This document shows, piece after piece, positions 9,909 to 19,356 of a stretch of 64,000 bases of DNA. The notes beneath the pieces are model-generated. The model saw only the letters and a list, made by a program, of their open reading frames with translations. It ran no database searches and was not told the origin of the DNA. Made by a program: the position numbers and the translations under genes. Source of the DNA: Acholeplasmataceae bacterium (GTDB lineage Bacteria; Bacillota_I; Bacilli_A; Acholeplasmatales; Acholeplasmataceae); the NCBI GenBank assembly GCA_007692425.1, contig RECG01000014.1, forward strand, positions 9,654-73,653. Reading direction: 5' to 3'. Positions within the stretch are counted from its first letter, which is position 1; every line of letters begins with the position of its first letter.

Positions 9909-10785
9909 ACACATGAACCGTCCGGCCTGGTTCATCGTTCCTTATTGGTCGTTGTTCGCTCTATTTGTCATCATTCCCGTATTGGCCGCGATTGCCTTGT
10001 CTTTCACGTATTTCAACGCCATTCAGGCACCACGTTTCATCGGGATCACCAATTACATCGAACTGATCACGATGGACACGGTGTTCATGCAGTTCGTCTT
10101 GTCCAATACCTTGCGTTTCGCCCTGATCGTCGGACCTGTCGGTTATTTCCTGGCTTTCATGCTGGCTTGGACCCTGGCCCAGATCTCGGCCAAACCACGC
10201 ATGGTGCTGGCCATCATCCTTTACTCACCGTCGCTGACGCTCGGTGTCGCGATGGCCGCCATGTGGCGCATCATCTTCTCAGATGACTCGCAAGGCTATC
10301 TCAACAGCCTGCTCATCAACTGGGGTGTCATCTTGGAACCGATCGCCTTCCTGCAATCACCGCAATACCTGATGAGCATCATGATCATTGTTTCCTTGTG
10401 GAGCAGCATGGGCGTCGGCTTCCTGGCGATGCTCGCCGGTGTCCTCAATATTGACCAGACCCTTTATGAGGCCGCCTATATGGATGGTATCCGCAACCGC
10501 GCCCAGGAGATATTCTATATCACCATCCCTTCCATGAAACCGCAGATGCTGTTCGGTGCGGTCATGGCGGTGGTGACCACCTTCCAGGCCGGCGGTATCG
10601 GCGTGATGCTCTCAGGCACCAATCCGACCCCGCAATATGCCGGCCAGCTGATCGTCAACCACATCGAAGATTTCGGTTTCATCCGTTACATGATGGGGTA
10701 TGCCGCAGCGGTCAGCGTCGTCCTGCTTTTGATGGTGTACTTCATTTCGAAGGTCACCTGGGGCATTCTTGGAGAAAAGGAGTGA
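9901..10785 (+). CDS. Sugar ABC transporter permease (MalF/LplB-like)
   Basis: Six predicted TM segments. EAA loop [36 protein letters not shown] 5 nt before the ATG. Confidence 0.9.
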   Translation: MIRHMNRPAWFIVPYWSLFALFVIIPVLAAIALSFTYFNAIQAPRFIGITNYIELITMDTVFMQFVLSNTLRFALIVGPVGYFLAFMLAWTLAQISAKPRMVLAIILYSPSLTLGVAMAAMWRIIFSDDSQGYLNSLLINWGVILEPIAFLQSPQYLMSIMIIVSLWSSMGVGFLAMLAGVLNIDQTLYEAAYMDGIRNRAQEIFYITIPSMKPQMLFGAVMAVVTTFQAGGIGVMLSGTNPTPQYAGQLIVNHIEDFGFIRYMMGYAAAVSVVLLLMVYFISKVTWGILGEKE

Positions 10786-10786
10786 G

Positions 10787-11671
10787 ATGATGGCCAAATC
10801 CTCGTTCCAAGGTACCAAAATCAATCCGATCCGCTTTCATCGCAGCCAGTTGAAGTTCTATGCCTTCCTGGTGCCTTTTTCGACGTTGATGATCCTGCCG
10901 ATCATCTTCATCATCAACCATGCTTTCAAACCACAAAGCGAACTATTCGCCTTTCCGCCCCGTTTTTTCGTGCGCCAACCGACCTTTGACAACTTTCTTG
11001 AACTGTCACGTATCGCCTCGGCGTCGGGCGTGCCTTTCTCACGTTACATCATCAACAGTTTGTTCGTGACGGGCGCAGGTGTCTTCCTGGCGATTTTCAT
11101 CACCGCTTTTTCCGCTTATGCCTTGTCCAAACTGAAGTTCAAAGGCAAGCGTTTCCTCTTCGAGGTCAACACGCTCGCCCTCATGTTCGTGCCGATCGCG
11201 GTCCAGATTCCGCGTTACCTGATCATCGCCCAGACGGGCATGATCGATTCCTACGTGGCGCACATCCTGCCCATGGTCGTCATGCCAGTCGCGATGTTTT
11301 TGATCAAACAGTTCATCGACCAGACACCCGATGAACTGATTGAATCGGCCAAGATTGACGGCGCTTCGGAAATGGAGATTTTCCTCAAGATCATCTTCCC
11401 GATCGTGCTGCCGGCAATCGCGACGGTCGGCATTCTCGCCTTTCAAGTGTTATGGAATGACGTCACGACGTCCATTCTTTATATTGATGACGAAAGCAAA
11501 CGGACTTTGGCCTTCTACATGATGAGCCTGACGTCCATTCAAGGTAACATCGTGGCCGGCCAGGGGATGGCAGCGGCCGCCGGTCTGATCATGTTCCTGC
11601 CGAACCTGATCCTCTTCATCATCCTGCAAAGCAAGGTCATGAACACCATGGCCCACTCGGGGATCAAATGA
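10787..11671 (+). CDS. Sugar ABC transporter permease (MalG/LplC-like)
   Basis: EAA loop ESAKIDGASEMEIFLKIIFPIVLP. Start moved to ATG 10787, after RBS AAAGGAG. The listed TTG start at 10769 overlaps the previous gene. Confidence 0.9.
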   Translation: MMAKSSFQGTKINPIRFHRSQLKFYAFLVPFSTLMILPIIFIINHAFKPQSELFAFPPRFFVRQPTFDNFLELSRIASASGVPFSRYIINSLFVTGAGVFLAIFITAFSAYALSKLKFKGKRFLFEVNTLALMFVPIAVQIPRYLIIAQTGMIDSYVAHILPMVVMPVAMFLIKQFIDQTPDELIESAKIDGASEMEIFLKIIFPIVLPAIATVGILAFQVLWNDVTTSILYIDDESKRTLAFYMMSLTSIQGNIVAGQGMAAAAGLIMFLPNLILFIILQSKVMNTMAHSGIK

Positions 11672-13713
11672 TGAAGAAGAAGTTGCTGATCCTCCTTTTA
11701 GGTCTCCTGATGCTTGTGGCGTTCGTCCCATCCCCGGACCCACAAGCAAACGGGTTACCCTACAACACGTTCACCTACAGCAGCGCCGCCCGCCGTTTTG
11801 TCTTCACGCAGGATGCCTACCTGCCGCTTTCCATCAGTTATGAGCTGGCAGGCTTGCGTCTCAACAACCCGCAAGACCTGACGATCGATGCGGAAGACAA
11901 CATCTATATCGCTGATTACGGCAACAGCCGCGTCATCAAGTACAGCCTTCAAGATGACGAGGTCTTCATCATCGGCGAAGGCGTCTTGAACCAGCCCAGC
12001 GGTGTCCACGTCGGACGGGACGGCCATCTTTATGTCGCCGATTTCGGCAACAAGGCCGGTTATCAGTTCCTCTATGACCGAGACACCAGGACCTACAGTC
12101 TCGGTGCCACTTATGAAAGACCGGTCGGCACGCCGTTCTTCCAACCAGGTGACGCCTTCGATCCGACCAAGATCGTCACCGACATGGGCAATAATGTCTA
12201 CCTGCTGCTCGCCGGCAACATCAACGGCATGGCCGAGTATGAGAACAACGGCAGCTTTTTCGGCTTTTTCGGCGGCAACCGCCTGCCGAACACCTGGGAC
12301 AACGTCCTGCGTTTCATCCTCTTCGATGAAACACAGCGACGCAACTGGTTCCAGATGATTCCCAAACCGGTCTATAACGTCGCCGTCGACCGCGACGGCC
12401 TGATCCTGACGACGACCAAGGGTGACATGGGCTATGTCAAGCTCAACATCGCCAATTTCGTCTACAGCAGTTCCGTCTGGGGACACACCAATGTCGAAGA
12501 CATCTTCGTCGGCCCCTACAACACCATCTTCACCGTTTCCGAAAACGGGTTCATCACCGAATATGGTCCGGACGGATCGGTCCTCTTTGTCTTCTCCGGA
12601 CCCGATCGCTTCAACCAGAAGGGCCTGTTCAAGGCGCCGACCGGCATTGCCGTCGACTCAAAAAACAACCTTTATGTCGTCGACCGCACGACCAACGCCC
12701 TGCAGGTTTTCATTCCGACCGAATTTGCCAACCTGGTCCATTACGCCATCAGCCTGTATCAGGACGGCCGATATATAGAGTCGCTTGAACCCTGGCAGGA
12801 AGTGCTCAAGATGAACAGTTTGTTCGATCTGGCCAACAAAGGCATCGCTGATGCCTATTTCGCACAAATGGAATATGATCTGGCGATGGCCTATTATGAA
12901 GTGGCCAGGGACACCGACGGTTACTCCAACGCCTTCTGGGAAGTCAGGAACACCTTCCTGCTAGGTAGCGGGGCCTTCCTCGTCATCCTTATGATCAGCA
13001 TGGTCGTGCTCTTTGCCGTCAACCGTCTGACCCATTTCATGGTCCATGTTAAAAAACCGGTGGCCCGCTTGAAAACTTGGCTCGGTCAATACAAACTTTA
13101 TCAGGAACTGGTTTTCCCCTTTTACATCTTCAGACAACCGGCCGATGGCTACTACGGCATCAAACGTGAGCAGAAGGGCTCCAATCTGTCGGCGACAATC
13201 TACCTGCTCTTGTTTTTCAGCATGTACATCCTGTTCATTTACCGGACGAGTTTCCTCTTCAACCCATACATTCCAAGTGAAATCAACATGTTCCAGCAGA
13301 TCATCACCGTCTTTTTGCCTTTCTTCCTCTTCGTCATCGCCAATTACCTGGTGTGCAGCATCCGTGACGGCGAAGGTAGGCTCAGGGATGTTTATCAGGC
13401 TTCGGCCTACACCTTGCTGCCGTTGATCATCACCTTGCCGTTGGTGACATTGGTCTCGAACGGCCTGACCTATAATGAAGCCTTCATCTACCATACCATC
13501 CTCTTTGTCGGCATCTTCGTCACCGTGCTTTATTTTGTCATCATGATCAAGGAAATTCATTTCTACGACATGAAGCCGACCCTCTACAACCTCTTCATCA
13601 CCTTGTTCACCGCCCTCATGATCCTGGCGGTCGTCTTCATCGTCTACTTGTTGTTAAATGAGGTTGTCACCCTCTTTTCAGACATCATCAGGGAGGTGGT
13701 CAGTCGTGGTTAA
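11668..13713 (+). CDS. Secreted six-bladed NHL-repeat beta-propeller and TPR-like segment fused to a C-terminal multi-TM Yip1-like domain
   Basis: Signal peptide MMKKKLLILLLGLLMLVAF. Six NHL-like blades (for example DNIYIADYGNSRVIKY, GHLYVADFGN, NNLYVVDRTTNALQVF). A helical pair YFAQMEYDLAMAYYEVA. About 6 TM helices follow. ATGA overlap with the upstream permease gene. Confidence 0.7.
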   Translation: MMKKKLLILLLGLLMLVAFVPSPDPQANGLPYNTFTYSSAARRFVFTQDAYLPLSISYELAGLRLNNPQDLTIDAEDNIYIADYGNSRVIKYSLQDDEVFIIGEGVLNQPSGVHVGRDGHLYVADFGNKAGYQFLYDRDTRTYSLGATYERPVGTPFFQPGDAFDPTKIVTDMGNNVYLLLAGNINGMAEYENNGSFFGFFGGNRLPNTWDNVLRFILFDETQRRNWFQMIPKPVYNVAVDRDGLILTTTKGDMGYVKLNIANFVYSSSVWGHTNVEDIFVGPYNTIFTVSENGFITEYGPDGSVLFVFSGPDRFNQKGLFKAPTGIAVDSKNNLYVVDRTTNALQVFIPTEFANLVHYAISLYQDGRYIESLEPWQEVLKMNSLFDLANKGIADAYFAQMEYDLAMAYYEVARDTDGYSNAFWEVRNTFLLGSGAFLVILMISMVVLFAVNRLTHFMVHVKKPVARLKTWLGQYKLYQELVFPFYIFRQPADGYYGIKREQKGSNLSATIYLLLFFSMYILFIYRTSFLFNPYIPSEINMFQQIITVFLPFFLFVIANYLVCSIRDGEGRLRDVYQASAYTLLPLIITLPLVTLVSNGLTYNEAFIYHTILFVGIFVTVLYFVIMIKEIHFYDMKPTLYNLFITLFTALMILAVVFIVYLLLNEVVTLFSDIIREVVSRG

Positions 13714-16096
13714 ACTCATGCGTTACATGGTCGTTTTCGCCCTCTTTTTCATGCTGATCAGTGTCATCACCTATGGTCGCGGTCACCACCATGCCGGCGA
13801 CATCGACGACATCATCCAAAACTATCCTTACATCAACCAGATGCTTCTGGAAAGTTCACGTTATACCCAGACCGATGACGTCGATCCGGCCCGGATGGAC
13901 GCCTATCTGGACACTTATCGTCTTAAATGGGACGATGACCAGCTCGAAACGATGGGCTTTCTTCCCATGATCGAAAACGACACACTCAAAGTCTGGTTTG
14001 AAAAGGATTCATTCTCGCTGATTGTCCATAACAAGACGACAGACTATTTCTGGTCTTCAAGACCGGAGTTCCAAGGAATCAGCGGCACCCAGGAAGCCAA
14101 CCAAGCCACCCGCCGGTTGATGAATTCCGGTCTTTGGGTCGAATATGTCAGGGCCGCCAATGTCTCTTCGAGCACAATCACGACGGCATCGCTTTATACG
14201 ATCGCCGATGTCCAGTTCCAAAACGACGGATCGATCACCATCGAACATGATGATCCGATCCGGCCCTACCAGATCCAAGACGGATCTTACAACACCAACC
14301 GGGCCGAGACAACCATCACCGGACAAACGGGGACGGGCTTCAGCGTCGATGTCAACCTCAAGCAGATCAATGTCCGCTTCACGGTCACCATCGCCCTCGT
14401 TGACAACCAGATCGAGGTCTTCATCCCACAGGAAAGCATCCTTGAGACCGGCGACATCTTCCGCCTGATCGGCATCCAGGTCTTCCCCTATTTCGGGGCG
14501 GCCCGCGAAGACAAAATCCCGGGCTATATCGTCATCCCTGACGGTCTTGGCGCCCTGGTCCGCATGCATCACCCCTGGAATACGAGTTTCCAAGCCCGCT
14601 TTTACGGTCCGGATGCCGGCTATGCCACGACCACCCTGCCCAGGTTATCGGTACCAATCTACGGCATGGTCCACCAAGCCGGCGCTGATGCCTTTTACGT
14701 CCATGTCGCCGAAGGCGCCGAGACAAGCCAGCTGCGTGCCACCTTCTGGGGTACGAGCACCCGCTATCACCGCATCACCGCCCGTTACAGCGTGCGCCAG
14801 ATCTACCGGAGCGTCATCAACCGGGCCGGTGAAGGCCGCGAGGCTGTCAGACCGGATCTGACAGCCAGCGATTATCGTCTGATTTTCAATATCCTTGACG
14901 GTGACCAGGCCCATTATGTCGGCATGGCCACCGATTACCGTGACCGTCTGATCGAACAAGGCATCCTGACCAGTCGTGAGAAAAACAGCCAGGACGGCAT
15001 CCCCCTGCATCTGAGTTACATCATGAGCGACCGCGAACCCTCCTTCATCGGTACCGCCAAGGTTGTCATGACGACCACCGACGATGTCATGCACAGTTAC
15101 CAATCCTTCCGCGAGGCAGGCATCCTCAACCAGCAGGTCAACCTATACGGCTGGAGCAACGACGGGTTTTTCAATCGCGCACCCTACCGCTTCCGCATCA
15201 GCGGCAAAAGCGGCTTTGACGACATGACCGATCTGATCACGGCCGACGGCAACACCCTTTATCTGCATAATGATTATGTCGTCTCGAGTGAACTGTCATC
15301 ACGGGTGTCTTATAACCGGGATGTCGCCCGCAATCTCTCGCGTCTCAAGATGACCATGACCAGGCGGTTGTTGAACGACCGCACGGTCGAACTCTACTTT
15401 GTCACCCCTGAAAGCAGCGACCGTCTGGCCGCTGCCGACCTGCGGCACCTCGAGGGTCTCGGTGTCTCAGGACTGATGATGACGGATTTGGGCAATACCT
15501 TGTTCAGCCATTTTGACGGCGGCTTGTATGAACGCAGTGACGCCATTGGTTATTATCAAGACATCGCCGCCCGCTATGACCATCTTTTGCTGGACATGCC
15601 CAACGATTACCTGTTCGCCTATATCGACGGCTATACCGCCTTGCCGATCACGAACAGCCAATACGATTACTACACCGACCTGATTCCGCTTTTGCCCATC
15701 ATCCTGAAGGGCAGCGTCTCCTATTACACGCCTTATCTCAATTTCAACGCCCTGGCCGAAGACCGCTTGCTGACAATGGTCGATTTCGCCGTCAACCCGA
15801 GCTATGTGCTGACCGAACAACCGACCTATGAAATGCGGTTCACGATGGCCAACCGTTTCTACACGACGACAAGAAGCGATTATGAAGCGGAGATCATTGA
15901 GGTCTATCATTATCTCAACGACGCCCTCAGCCATGTCATGGACGCCTACATTGTCCATCGTCAGGTCATCGAGACCGGCCTGGTCGCCGTGACCTATTCA
16001 AACGATGTCGTCATCTACGTCAATTACAGTTATCAGTCGAAGACGGCGGACGGTCATCTGATCGCGGCCCGCGACTACAAGGTGGTGACGCCATGA
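13706..16096 (+). CDS. N-terminally anchored extracellular protein of about 800 aa, DUF5696-like (uncharacterised; glycosidase-like size)
   Basis: The long ORF has one N-terminal TM helix (YMVVFALFFMLISVITY). A GTG at 13706 lies 6 nt after GGAGGTGG; the alternative ATG is at 13718. Blocks such as GYIVIPDGLGALVRM and YGWSNDGFF recall the DUF5696 family from memory only. Confidence 0.55.
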   Translation: MVKLMRYMVVFALFFMLISVITYGRGHHHAGDIDDIIQNYPYINQMLLESSRYTQTDDVDPARMDAYLDTYRLKWDDDQLETMGFLPMIENDTLKVWFEKDSFSLIVHNKTTDYFWSSRPEFQGISGTQEANQATRRLMNSGLWVEYVRAANVSSSTITTASLYTIADVQFQNDGSITIEHDDPIRPYQIQDGSYNTNRAETTITGQTGTGFSVDVNLKQINVRFTVTIALVDNQIEVFIPQESILETGDIFRLIGIQVFPYFGAAREDKIPGYIVIPDGLGALVRMHHPWNTSFQARFYGPDAGYATTTLPRLSVPIYGMVHQAGADAFYVHVAEGAETSQLRATFWGTSTRYHRITARYSVRQIYRSVINRAGEGREAVRPDLTASDYRLIFNILDGDQAHYVGMATDYRDRLIEQGILTSREKNSQDGIPLHLSYIMSDREPSFIGTAKVVMTTTDDVMHSYQSFREAGILNQQVNLYGWSNDGFFNRAPYRFRISGKSGFDDMTDLITADGNTLYLHNDYVVSSELSSRVSYNRDVARNLSRLKMTMTRRLLNDRTVELYFVTPESSDRLAAADLRHLEGLGVSGLMMTDLGNTLFSHFDGGLYERSDAIGYYQDIAARYDHLLLDMPNDYLFAYIDGYTALPITNSQYDYYTDLIPLLPIILKGSVSYYTPYLNFNALAEDRLLTMVDFAVNPSYVLTEQPTYEMRFTMANRFYTTTRSDYEAEIIEVYHYLNDALSHVMDAYIVHRQVIETGLVAVTYSNDVVIYVNYSYQSKTADGHLIAARDYKVVTP

Positions 16097-17169
16097 AGAA
16101 CGTGCTGAACCATGTCAAAGGCTTTTTCGCCGGCATCAAGAACGGATTTGTCCGTGCCTGGCGTGCCGCCGCTGATTATCATTACCACAAGATTTCCCCT
16201 TCTTACGATAAAATCAAACATGCCTTGAAGAACAATGTCATCGTCCGTATCGAGGGACAGCAATTGACCTTGTTCAGCTTCTTAAACATCACCATCACCC
16301 GGCGTCGGCGTGAAGGCTTTTATGGCTATGTCTTCATCTTGCTTTGGCTGCTTGGTTTCCTGGTCTTCACCCTTTATCCGATGTTTTATTCGCTTTACCT
16401 GAGTTTCAATCATGCCTATTATTCGGCTCAGACGGGCGTCGTTTCGACCTTCATCGGTTTTGAAAACTATTTGTCCATCTTCAGAAGCCAGGTGCTTTTA
16501 CCTTTATTCGCCACCTATCTGGGCAAGATGGTCCTGTCGGTGCCGCTCATCATCGTCTTCTCGATTTTGATTGCTGTCCTGATCAACAACCCCATCAAAC
16601 TCAAAGGCTTCTGGCGGACTGTCTTTTTCCTGCCGGTCGTCATCGCCACCGGTCCGGTCATCGGCGAACTGGCCAACCAGGATGCCACCTCACTACCTGC
16701 CCTGCAAGATTCGGAAGTCTTGCTCTTCATCACCGAAAATCTTGGTGATTGGCTGGCCAATCCGTTGGAAATCATCTTGACATCAATGCTCTTGATCCTC
16801 TGGTATGCCGGCATTCCGATTTTGATTTTTTTGGCCGGTCTGCAAAAAATCGATACCGCCATTTATGAGGCGGCCTCGATCGATGGTGCATCGCCCTGGG
16901 ACCGTTTTTGGAAAATCACGCTGCCGTCGATCAAGCCGCTCATCAGCGTCGCCATCATTTATGTCGTCGTCACCATGTCGCTCTTTGTCGAACCGGGCGG
17001 CATCCTTGACCTGGCCAGGATCCACATGCTGGTCGGCGCACCGGATTCAGCCTTTTTCCACGGCTACGGCTACGCTGCCGCGATTGCTTGGATCTATTTC
17101 ATCCTGATGGTGATCCTGATGGTCATCTTTGTCGGTATGATGTCGATCAGAAGGAGGGAAGAGGCATGA
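16093..17169 (+). CDS. Sugar ABC transporter permease (MalF-like) with an N-terminal extension of about 70 aa
   Basis: EAA loop YEAASIDGASPWDRFWKITLPSIKP. ATGA overlap with the upstream gene. Confidence 0.9.
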   Translation: MKNVLNHVKGFFAGIKNGFVRAWRAAADYHYHKISPSYDKIKHALKNNVIVRIEGQQLTLFSFLNITITRRRREGFYGYVFILLWLLGFLVFTLYPMFYSLYLSFNHAYYSAQTGVVSTFIGFENYLSIFRSQVLLPLFATYLGKMVLSVPLIIVFSILIAVLINNPIKLKGFWRTVFFLPVVIATGPVIGELANQDATSLPALQDSEVLLFITENLGDWLANPLEIILTSMLLILWYAGIPILIFLAGLQKIDTAIYEAASIDGASPWDRFWKITLPSIKPLISVAIIYVVVTMSLFVEPGGILDLARIHMLVGAPDSAFFHGYGYAAAIAWIYFILMVILMVIFVGMMSIRRREEA

Positions 17170-18095
17170 AACAAGACAAAACCGTGTTGAAACAAAAAAT
17201 CCGCCGAATCTTCCTTGGCATGAATGTCGTCGACGGCTTGATCTACAAAGTGATCATTTATACGCTGTTGATCAGTTTCAGCTACATCTATCTCTATCCG
17301 ATCTTGTTCATGGTCGTCAACAGCCTGATGACGGTCGATGATCTGATCAATCCCGGCATCAAATGGGTACCCACAGCGCTTGAGTTTTCGAACTACCAAC
17401 GGGCCACCCAGGTGCTGAAGTTCCCGGATTCGGTTTTCGAGACCACGTCTTACGTGCTCAAGGTCAGCATCGCCGCGACCTTGTCTTCAGCCATCATCGG
17501 TTTCGGCTTCGCCCGCTTCAACTTCCCGCTTAAGAACATCCTCTTCGCCTTGATGCTCGCGACCTTCATCCTGCCTTCGCAGGTGACGATGGTCGCCAAC
17601 ATGCTCATCTTCAGCAACCTCGGACTGATGAGCACGCAACGGGCCATGATCTTGCCGGCCATTTTCGGCCAAGGGGTCAACGCCGCCATCTTCATTCTGA
17701 TTTTTTACCAGTTTTTCAAAACCATTCCCCAAGTCTTGATGGAATCGGCCGAAATCGACGGCGCCTCACCTTTCAAGGTCTTCACCCGCATCGCTGTACC
17801 GTTGGCCGTGCCGTCGTTCATCATCGTCTTTTTGTTCAGTTTTGTCTGGTATTGGAACGAGACCTTCATCACCGGCCTCTATGTTGGTGGTCGAATCACG
17901 ATGCCTTTGAAACTAGGGGCTTTCAGAGACAGTTATATCACACTGTTTCCACCGGGTTCACCGGGTTCGGAACTCAATGAAGCCATCTTGCTTGCTGGCA
18001 ACATGATCACGATCCTGCCGTTGTTGTTGTTATACTTCGTGGCCCAGCGCTACTTTGTCGAAAGCATCGACCGGACCGGCATCACCGGCGAATAG
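17166..18095 (+). CDS. Sugar ABC transporter permease (MalG-like)
   Basis: EAA loop ESAEIDGASPFKVFTRIAVPLAVP. Start at ATG 17166 (ATGA overlap, RBS GAAGGAGGG). The listed start at 17088 lies inside the previous gene. Confidence 0.9.
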   Translation: MKQDKTVLKQKIRRIFLGMNVVDGLIYKVIIYTLLISFSYIYLYPILFMVVNSLMTVDDLINPGIKWVPTALEFSNYQRATQVLKFPDSVFETTSYVLKVSIAATLSSAIIGFGFARFNFPLKNILFALMLATFILPSQVTMVANMLIFSNLGLMSTQRAMILPAIFGQGVNAAIFILIFYQFFKTIPQVLMESAEIDGASPFKVFTRIAVPLAVPSFIIVFLFSFVWYWNETFITGLYVGGRITMPLKLGAFRDSYITLFPPGSPGSELNEAILLAGNMITILPLLLLYFVAQRYFVESIDRTGITGE

Positions 18096-18109
18096 AAAAG
18101 GAGCACACC

Positions 18110-19240
18110 ATGAAAAAATTACTTTTAATGTTCATCATCTTGTCCTTGCCGGTGCTGGCATCATGCCAACAGGGCGTTCCCAACGGTTTGTTGCCGTTGT
18201 CACCGGTCGAAGATTGCGCGGTCGGCACGCTGGAAGGCGGCTGGGTCTGCATCTGGGCTGATGAGTTTGACGGCGACGAGATCGACAGTGAAAAATGGAA
18301 CTTCCAGACCGGTGGCGGTGGCTGGGGCAACAATGAGCTGCAATATTACCGTCCTGAGAATGCCACTGTCTCAGATGGACGCTTGATCATCACCGCTAAA
18401 AAAGAAAGTCATATGGGCAGACAATACACCTCGGCCCGGATGACCACCAAATACCGTGGTGACTGGCAATACATGCGCATCCAGGTCAGTGCCAAGATGC
18501 CAGGCGGACGTGGCACCTGGCCGGCCATCTGGATGATGCCGACCATGAATGTCTATGGTGGATGGCCCAACAGCGGTGAGATTGACATCTTAGAATATGT
18601 CGGTTACGACCCTGACAAGATTCACACCGCCATCCACACCCAGAAGTTCAATCACAAGATCGGCACGCATCTCTTCTATACGAAGACATTGGCCGATGTC
18701 GAGACGACCTTTCATGTCTATGAGATGATCTGGTCGCCGGGCCGGTTGGAAATGCGCGTCAATGATGAACTGTTTGGCGTGTTCGCCTATACCCCCGTGT
18801 TCAACCAGGAAGTCCCTTATCACGCCGCGTTCCCCTTTGATCAACTCTTTTATCTGATATTGAATGTGGCCATCGGTGGCGACTGGGGCGGAAGAGAAGG
18901 CGTCGATGACAACATGTTTCCGACATCCATGGAAGTCGAATATGTCCGTGTCTACCAACTTGATTACGCGACTTTGGACAAGGAAACCCCGTCGACACCC
19001 GCCAACATCCAACTCGCCCAACTGCCCAACACCTTGTTCTGGACACCATCAACCGATGATGTCGGCGTTGAAAAATATGCTATATATGTGGACGGTGATT
19101 TCCGTCAATATGCCAGTTTGAACCAGGCACGCTTGATCGGTTTGAATGTCGGTCAGACCTATTCAATCCAGATCCAGGCGGTTGATTTTGTCGGTCGCCG
19201 CTCGGGCAAGAGCGACAGTTTCCTGCTCACCATTGTCTGA
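18110..19240 (+). CDS. Secreted lipoprotein GH16 endo-beta-1,3-glucanase with a C-terminal FN3-like domain
   Basis: Lipobox LPVLASC. GH16 motifs WPAIWMM and GEIDILEY. The C-terminal ~90 aa (PSTPANIQL..YAIYVDG..YSIQIQAVD) resemble FN3. Confidence 0.85.
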   Translation: MKKLLLMFIILSLPVLASCQQGVPNGLLPLSPVEDCAVGTLEGGWVCIWADEFDGDEIDSEKWNFQTGGGGWGNNELQYYRPENATVSDGRLIITAKKESHMGRQYTSARMTTKYRGDWQYMRIQVSAKMPGGRGTWPAIWMMPTMNVYGGWPNSGEIDILEYVGYDPDKIHTAIHTQKFNHKIGTHLFYTKTLADVETTFHVYEMIWSPGRLEMRVNDELFGVFAYTPVFNQEVPYHAAFPFDQLFYLILNVAIGGDWGGREGVDDNMFPTSMEVEYVRVYQLDYATLDKETPSTPANIQLAQLPNTLFWTPSTDDVGVEKYAIYVDGDFRQYASLNQARLIGLNVGQTYSIQIQAVDFVGRRSGKSDSFLLTIV

Positions 19241-19263
19241 CCACCAAGTTCATCACGTCTTAA

Positions 19264-19290
19264 GAGCGGCTGATTCTCAGCCGCTTTTTC
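19264..19290 (+). terminator. Rho-independent terminator ending the glucan locus
   Basis: GCGGCTGA-ttc-TCAGCCGC followed by TTTTT. Confidence 0.75.
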
Positions 19291-19356
19291 ATGAGTATCA
19301 AGCATGTTAAAACGGGAAAGAATATGATATACTTTAACGTGTGAGAAGGGAAGCCC

